DNA of 64,000 nt, from NCBI GenBank assembly GCA_963754875.1, contig CAVWHO010000002.1, forward strand, positions 1 through 64,000, in the 5' to 3' direction. How positions within the stretch are numbered: the stretch's first letter is position 1; every line of letters starts with the position of its first letter. The notes below the pieces were generated by a model. The model saw only the letters and a program-made list of their open reading frames with translations, had not been told where the DNA came from and searched no databases. Position numbers and translations under genes: made by a program. The DNA comes from Nitrospirota bacterium (GTDB lineage Bacteria; Nitrospirota; UBA9217). Positions 57,542-64,000 of this stretch are shown here, piece after piece.

Positions 57542-58348
57542 TCATTTCAGTAGTTCCCCATATTCTCCTGGCCTGCGGTTTTTGAGGAAGCCCCAGGTCT
57601 CGGAAGCAGCGGCGCGTTCCGCAAGGTTGACGTCCGCGATCACGATCGCCTCTTTGCCGCCTGCCAGTTCCGACGCCATCTCGCCCCAGGGGTCGGCACA
57701 GAAGCTCCGCCCGTAAAACGAAATGCCTTCTTCCTGACCGACGCGGTTGACGCGAAAGATGAAGAGATTGTTCGCAAAGGCGTTGGCCGTAATGGCACGC
57801 TCCCAAAGTGTGTGAGAGTTAAGGGAGGAAGCGGTCGGTGAAAAAATGATCTCCGCACCCTTGAGCGCCAGGATGCGGCTCCCTTCGGGGAAGAGGTTGT
57901 CCCAGCATATCTGGACGCCGATCTTTCCCTGGGATGTTGCGAATACGGGGAAGCCGGCATCGCCGGGAGCAAAGTAATATTGCTCACGGTAGAGCGGCAG
58001 GTTCGGTACATGTATTTTGCGGTAAGTGCCAACGATCTTACCTGAATCGAATACCGCCGTACTGTTATAGTAATTGTCCTTCGCGCATTCGAAGAAAGGT
58101 ATGAGGAGAACCGTTTTCGTGTTTTCGGAGAGTGTTCGGAAAAGTTCGAGATGCTCGCTCGCGGCATCCAATGCCCAGGAGAGAAGTGAACCCTCTTCGC
58201 GCCTTGGGAACCAGGGAGTGAGGAAGAGCTCAGGATAACAGATGATCCTAGCGTCCTTGTCAGCCGCCACCTTGGCCATATCCACTGCGCGCTGCACGTT
58301 CCGTTCGAGGTCATTGCCAGCGCTTATCTGTATACCGGCGATTCGCAT
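57542..58348 (-). CDS. Carbon-nitrogen hydrolase (N-carbamoylputrescine amidase-like)
   Basis: E-K-C triad: YPEL, YRKIH, ICWDNLFPE. Confidence 0.9.
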   Translation of the reverse strand: MRIAGIQISAGNDLERNVQRAVDMAKVAADKDARIICYPELFLTPWFPRREEGSLLSWALDAASEHLELFRTLSENTKTVLLIPFFECAKDNYYNSTAVFDSGKIVGTYRKIHVPNLPLYREQYYFAPGDAGFPVFATSQGKIGVQICWDNLFPEGSRILALKGAEIIFSPTASSLNSHTLWERAITANAFANNLFIFRVNRVGQEEGISFYGRSFCADPWGEMASELAGGKEAIVIADVNLAERAAASETWGFLKNRRPGEYGELLK

Positions 58349-58600
58349 AAGGGATCTTTCCCACCGACGAACACGGAGAAGTCAAAAAAAAACCGAATCG
58401 TCTGGGAAACCGATGAACTCAGAAAGACCGGATGAAATTACCCGGTCCTGCCTTGTCGCTGCGCACCTCCACAAACATCAGCGCCCCAAACATTTTAACT
58501 TTTTTTACTTTGAACTGAGAACCCTGAGCCGCGAACTACATGCCATTCCTTTCATTCATTGGCATTGAAAAATATTACCACGGGAGGAAATGTTTGGCTA

Positions 58601-59383
58601 CTACATCTTGTAGTTAGCCATACTTATTCCGGAAGGACCTCTCCGTTTTCGTGTATTATTGAGGATCACTGTTAATAAGCAGGCAGGTATAAAATAGAGT
58701 AATTCGTTAAAAAATATTTCTCCAAAATTCATTTTCTGTTTTTCCGATTTTACGAACTTTTCCAAGTCATTAAATGTATCTTGTTTTTCAATAGTTATGT
58801 TTTCTTTAAAATTGAAATTGTCTTCCCAAAAGAAACTTACAACAGGCGAAGATACATATAGGTTGAGATAATATTTGGGGTATTTTAATAGTGCAGGCGT
58901 TTTATGGGTAAAAACCAAGGTCCCATTATTGTCCCTCTCAATTAGCCATCGGTGGTGATAATAGCCAGTATATTGCCATTTTTCTATTCCCCTTGTAGTT
59001 TCGAGCGCCCTTGATGGAATCTCAATATATCCTCTTTTGCCGATTCTAACGATTTCACTACATACCCAGATTGGGTCTCTAATATCTTCTAATGTATGGG
59101 AGCAAAATACAAAATCTACTTCCTTGTCTTTGAAAGGGAACGGTGTCCTGTCACACAAATCCCTCACTATCCAATCGGTCTTTGAAAAACATTCTTTCTC
59201 ATCAGCATCGCCAATAGCATTATTTATTGATCTTGTTTCATAGGGAAGAATGTCAATTATCTTATTTGCCCTTTTAAGGGGTTGTACCCACCCACCAATA
59301 TCAACTACCAAGTCGTGCGGATTAATTTTTGACAAAATCTCCTTGCTGTCTATTTGCATTAGATTACACTCCTCCACTTTCAT
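58601..59383 (-). CDS. Class I SAM-methyltransferase-domain protein, low GC
   Basis: VVDIGG, DLCDRTPFPFKDKEVDFVFCSHTLEDIRDP, GYIEIPS, HHRW. Confidence 0.8.
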   Translation of the reverse strand: MKVEECNLMQIDSKEILSKINPHDLVVDIGGWVQPLKRANKIIDILPYETRSINNAIGDADEKECFSKTDWIVRDLCDRTPFPFKDKEVDFVFCSHTLEDIRDPIWVCSEIVRIGKRGYIEIPSRALETTRGIEKWQYTGYYHHRWLIERDNNGTLVFTHKTPALLKYPKYYLNLYVSSPVVSFFWEDNFNFKENITIEKQDTFNDLEKFVKSEKQKMNFGEIFFNELLYFIPACLLTVILNNTRKRRGPSGISMANYKM

Positions 59384-59657
59384 CCATTTAATTGTGAGTT
59401 CCCCTTATCCTCAGGACTACAAAGGCGCCTCGCGTTCATAAGAATGCTCAGGGACCTCTTCCGGCCATGTCATCTATCGACCCGTCTTGACCAAAGCACG
59501 AGAAAATACTTAGACAGTACAATGTCTAGGCTTTTTTCATTTTTTCAGCTTATATGGACGGCATATCACTTTTAATTCACAGCGACAGCCCGAAATAACC
59601 GATTTCATTCAATGCAATAATAAATTTCATCCGATGCGAGAACTTACATAAACTCAA

Positions 59658-62299
59658 TTACTTCCCATGACACTTCTTGTACTTGAGCCCGCTCCCGCAG
59701 GGGCACGGATCGTTCCTGCCGACCTTCTGTGCTGCATGGACAGGGGCGGGCTTGGCTGCAGCCGCAGCATTGCCAGCGCCCATGAAGCTCAGGTTCGCGA
59801 TCTGCTGGCGCTGCCTGCGCTCGATCTCCTGCCCTTGCTCCTTGGCAGCCGCCTTGATGCGGAACAGGTTCTCGACGGTTGTCTCGACGATGCGCAGCTT
59901 CATCTCCTCGAACATTTCGAAGCCTTCCCGTTTATACTCAACGAGCGGATCCACCTGTGCATACCCTCGCAGGCCGATGCCCTCCTTCAGGTGATCCATG
60001 GCGAGGAGATGGTCTTTCCATTGATGGTCCACGGCCTGAAGCATGAACACCTTTTCCAGGTGCCGCATCAGCTCCGGACCGATCTCCTGGTCTTTGTCGT
60101 CATAGCTCTGCTTGACTGCTGCCCACAGCTTCTCGCGGAATTCCTCACGGGGGAGAGACTGGGGATCAATGCCGGTCATACGAAAGGAGAACTTTGATGC
60201 AAGGGCGTCGGTAAGACCCGTAACGTTCCACTGCTCGGGATAAGCGCCCTCGGGACAGTAAAACCCGACCATGCCGTCGAGCATGTCCTCGGCCAGCCCG
60301 AGCACCTCTTCTTTCAGGTCCTCGCCGGCCAGGATCTGGCGGCGTTGTTCGTAGATCACTTTTCTTTGCTGGTTCATCACGTCATCGTATTCAAGGATGT
60401 GTTTACGGATATCAAAGTTGTGGTCTTCGACTTTCTTCTGTGCGTTCTCGATGGCGCGCGATACCATGCGGTGCTCGATGGGAACGTCCTCTTCCATGCC
60501 GAGCCTGCCCATAAGACCGGCGATGCGGTCCGACCCGAAGATCCGGAGCAGGTCGTCCTCGAGGGAAAGATAGAACCTCGACGAGCCGGGGTCTCCCTGG
60601 CGGCCGGAACGTCCGCGGAGCTGGTTGTCGATCCGGCGAGACTCATGCCGCTCGGTGCCGAGGATATGAAGTCCGCCCGCAGCGATGACTTTCTCCTTTT
60701 CATCGGCGCAGAGGGCCTTGAACTTCTCAAGTGTCTTGTCCCACTCTTCCTGCGCATGTTCTTTTCCCTTAAGGGCCTGGCGCGTAAGTCCCTCGGGGTT
60801 GCCGCCCAGGACGATGTCGGTGCCGCGGCCCGCCATATTCGTTGCAATCGTGACCGCTTCATGCCGGCCGGCCTGCGCAATGATCTCTGCCTCCATCTCG
60901 TGGTACTTGGCGTTCAAAACCGAGTGTCTGATGCCTTTTTTCTTCAGAATTGCGGCCAGGGCCTCGGACTTGACGATTGAGATGGTGCCGACCAGCACGG
61001 GCTGGCCCTTCTTGTGACACTGCTTCGATTTCTTTGACGGCAGCGTTAAATTTTGCTTTCTCGTTTTTGTAGATAAAGTCCGGGCTGTCGGTACGGATCA
61101 TGGGACGGTGTGTGGGAATGACAACCACGTCGAGGTTGTAGATCTTCGCGAATTCCCCCGCCTCGGTCTCGGCCGTACCGGTCATGCCTGCGAGCTTGTT
61201 GTAGAGCCGGAAATAGTTCTGGAACGTGATGGACGCCAGCGTCTGGTTCTCGTTCTCGATCTTGACGTTTTCCTTGGCCTCGATGGCCTGGTGGAGACCG
61301 TCGCTCCAGCGCCTGCCCGGCATGAGCCTGCCCGTGAATTCGTCCACGATCAGGACCTCGCCGTCCTTGACCACATAGTCCACGTCGCGGTGGAACAGGG
61401 CATGGGCCTTCAAGCCCTGATGCACGTGGTGCACCAGATCGACGTTCGAGGGGTCGTAGAGGTTGCCGGCGTTCAAACAGGCGCTCGACCTTGATGTTCC
61501 CCTCCTCCGTCAGCGCCACGGTCTTGGTTTTCTCTTCGATCGTATAATCCGCGTCTTTCTTAAGGCTCGGTATGATCCGGTTGATCTTGTAGTACTTGTC
61601 GGTGGACTCTTCCGCGGGGCCGGAGATGATGAGCGGCGTCCGGGCCTCGTCGATCAGGATCGAGTCCACTTCGTCCACGATGGCGTAGTTGAGCTCGCGC
61701 TGGACGTACTCCTTGAGGTCGAATTTCATGTTGTCGCGCAGATAATCGAAACCGAACTCGTTGTTCGTGCCGTAGGTCACATCCGAGCCGTACGCCGCCT
61801 GCCGTTCCTCGTCGGTGAGCCCATGGACGATGACGCCGACAGAGAGGCCGAGGAAGCTGTAAACCTTGCCCATCCATTCCGAGTCGCGCCGCGCCAGGTA
61901 GTCGTTGACGGTCACGACGTGCACGCCTTTGCCTTCGAGGGCATTCAGGTACACCGGCAGCGTGGCGACCAGTGTTTTACCCTCGCCTGTTTTCATTTCC
62001 GCGATCTTGCCGGAGTGAAGAACGATGCCGCCGACAAGCTGGACGTCGAAATGCCTCATTATGAGGACCCGTTTGGCCGCCTCTCGTACCACGGCAAAGG
62101 CTTCGGGCAGAATGTCGTCAAGTGACTCGCCTTCCTGCAAACGCTTCTTGAATTCGTCGGTTTTCTCTTGCAACTCTGTATCAGAAAGACCGGAGATCCC
62201 CTCTTCAAAGGAGTTTATTTGGTCCACCTGAGCCTGGATGCGTTTTAGCTCCCTGTCGTTCGCCGTGCCGAATACTTTTTTCAGGATCGTACCAATCAT
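59658..62299 (-). CDS. secA: Preprotein translocase SecA (frameshifts near 61475 and 61020)
   Basis: [66 protein letters not shown]. Confidence 0.97.
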
Positions 62300-62607
62300 C
62301 TATTTCTCTCCACCTTTGCTCAGCCTCTTTAGAGAATTTGGCCGCCGGCCACGGGTCTGCCTCCCACGCCCTGTGAGAGGCCTTCTATTCACCCCACTGA
62401 GGATGCGGCCGCCTTCTCGAACAAAGAAAAATCATTTTTCTTTACAGTTGATTATAATATCATTTTTCCCCGGGAATTCAAGAGAATAATCTGGCGGTGA
62501 CGGGGAGTGAGATTATGGTTTAGCTGTTTGAAGGTGGGTGAGATGTATAGAGGTGCTTATTTAACCTCTCTGTGCAGAGGTATGCCGGCTAATGCAACAT
62601 TTATTAC

Positions 62608-62636
62608 TTGACAAAAAAAAGCGACAAGTGTATAAA
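62608..62636 (+). promoter_or_regulatory. Sigma70 promoter of the ArsR gene
   Basis: TTGACA-17 bp-TATAAA with a TG extension, 8 bp before the ATG. Confidence 0.7.
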
Positions 62637-62644
62637 ATTGTAAC

Positions 62645-62983
62645 ATGAAAAGCATTTTAACCGATAAATCCATATTTGAAATGCAGGCTGAGATCTGCAA
62701 GACCCTCACCAATCCAAAACGCATCGAAATCCTTAACACGCTCAAAAATGAGGAAAAAACAGTGACGGAGCTGGTGGGCGCCCTCGGCGCTTCCAAAGCG
62801 AATGTTTCCCAGCACCTTGCCGTCATGCGCCACAAAGGAATCCTTGCAACGAGGCGGGACGGCGTGAACATTTACTACCGCGTAGCAAACCCCAAAGTCA
62901 TCGAAGCTTGTTCCCTGATGAAAGAAGTGCTCTTTGAACAACATGCGTCCAGAAAAAAAACAGTGATGGGTGTAGCGAGTTGA
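62645..62983 (+). CDS. ArsR/SmtB family transcriptional regulator
   Basis: NPKRIEIL, TVTEL, NVSQHLAVMR..G, RRDG..IYY. Confidence 0.92.
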   Translation: MKSILTDKSIFEMQAEICKTLTNPKRIEILNTLKNEEKTVTELVGALGASKANVSQHLAVMRHKGILATRRDGVNIYYRVANPKVIEACSLMKEVLFEQHASRKKTVMGVAS

Positions 62984-63051
62984 ACCGGAATATTGATTTC
63001 AACCTTCCCTTCTTTCCTGTCTCATAAAATATCTCCGATTAATAATTAACT

Positions 63052-63086
63052 AAAAAAACCCCGAAGATGGGGGCTCTTCGGGGTTT
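63052..63086 (-). terminator. Rho-independent terminator after the csp gene
   Basis: AAACCCCGAAGA/TCTTCGGGGTTT stem with a U tract on the minus strand. Confidence 0.85.
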
Positions 63087-63146
63087 CGAACACTCGATAC
63101 AAAATTTACAACAAAACAATAGACCTGTTGACTGCGGAACTTGTCG

Positions 63147-63353
63147 CTAAGACGTTTTAGCTACGTTCGACGCCTGTGGACCTTTATCGCCTTGTATAAT
63201 GTCGAACTGAACCACCTGTCCTTCTGATAGCGTTTTGTATCCCTCGCCCTGAATAGCGGAATAATGCACAAATACATCGCGACCTCCGCCGTCAGGCTCG
63301 ATAAAGCCATATCCCTTTGATTCGTTGAACCACTTTACTTTCCCCGTAGACAT
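63147..63353 (-). CDS. cspA: Cold-shock protein
   Basis: [32 protein letters not shown]. Confidence 0.95.
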   Translation of the reverse strand: MSTGKVKWFNESKGYGFIEPDGGGRDVFVHYSAIQGEGYKTLSEGQVVQFDIIQGDKGPQASNVAKTS

Positions 63354-63563
63354 AAAACTTACTCCCTCCTTGTTTGTCTCCGCTGCGCTGGCAATTGCCC
63401 CCCGGCCAAAACCATGGCGGAAACGGTTTTGTTTCAAAAGGGAAAGAGTTTTCAGTCCCGCGTGGTCTCTTTTCCCTGGCCAACCATAGGTCGCTGCTAT
63501 TAATTAATGGAGAGGAAGAATAGATTTAGATGTGAGGATGTGGCTGCCCGATATGACCTCTTT

Positions 63564-64000
63564 TTAGTTCAAGTATTTTACCGGATTCACGGGAAGACCG
63601 TTCAAACGAACTTCATAGTGAAGATGCGGTCCCGTGCTGGAACCGGTATCGCCCACATAGGAGATGATATCACCGCGCTTTACCTGCTGTCCGGCCTTCA
63701 CGTTGAGCCGTGAGTTATGCCCATATATGGTTTTGATGCCGTAGCCATGGCTGATTTCTACCATATTGCCGTAACCGGTGCTGAAACCGGCTCTGACCAC
63801 GACACCGTCTGCAGGCGCCACCACCGGTGTTCCCGTCTGAGCGGCAATATCGAGTCCCTCATGAAAGGTAAGAATCCCGCTGAACGGCGAAGTCCGATTT
63901 CCAAAGGGAGACGTGATCCAACCTCGAACAGGCCAGGTCGACGGCGTTGACGCATAGAGCGAACGCTTGTCCTCGAAATACTCAATCAGCATCTGTAGAC
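63564..64000 (-). CDS. M23 family peptidase (5' end outside the window)
   Basis: WPVRGWITSPFG, HEGLD, YGH, STGPHLHYEV. Confidence 0.92.
   Translation of the reverse strand, partial: LQMLIEYFEDKRSLYASTPSTWPVRGWITSPFGNRTSPFSGILTFHEGLDIAAQTGTPVVAPADGVVVRAGFSTGYGNMVEISHGYGIKTIYGHNSRLNVKAGQQVKRGDIISYVGDTGSSTGPHLHYEVRLNGLPVNPVKYLN

Noticed and set aside
59658..62299. secA, holB or folK as pseudogenes or programmed frameshifts
   Set aside because: Essential or conserved genes with intact motifs and no consistent slippery sites; assembly error is more likely
1..64000. CRISPR array, tRNA, rRNA, IS or prophage
   Set aside because: No regularly spaced direct repeats, cloverleaf, transposase, integrase or phage structural gene recognised

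Overview
Bacterial chromosomal window of about 55% GC by eye. Gene content suggests an anaerobic Nitrospirota- or Desulfobacterota-like organism (inference). Housekeeping blocks are metG-ricT-holB-tmk, pabB, a pterin operon, galT-glgA with a two-component pair, rlmD, secA, csp and an M23 peptidase. They flank three accessory modules: (1) a 10.6-kb Ser/Thr phospho-signalling cluster (2 kinases, 2 PP2C, FHA and vWA proteins, an FHA-sigma54 activator and a sigma54 promoter); (2) an ExtI-like porin with three Ig-repeat lipoproteins and a MacB/LolE-type ABC module; (3) a duplicated GT-C/flavoprotein module with two radical SAM enzymes and a GT2. Two intergenic regions look like unannotated structured RNA genes: a boxA-led RNA of about 380 nt at 8.27-8.65 kb and a minus-strand sRNA of about 190 nt at 56.33-56.53 kb. 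Many genes, including the essential secA and holB, carry single-base indels that are most likely assembly errors. I saw no rRNA, tRNA, CRISPR array, transposase or integrase. Protein calls rest on motifs and recalled family resemblance, not on database searches.
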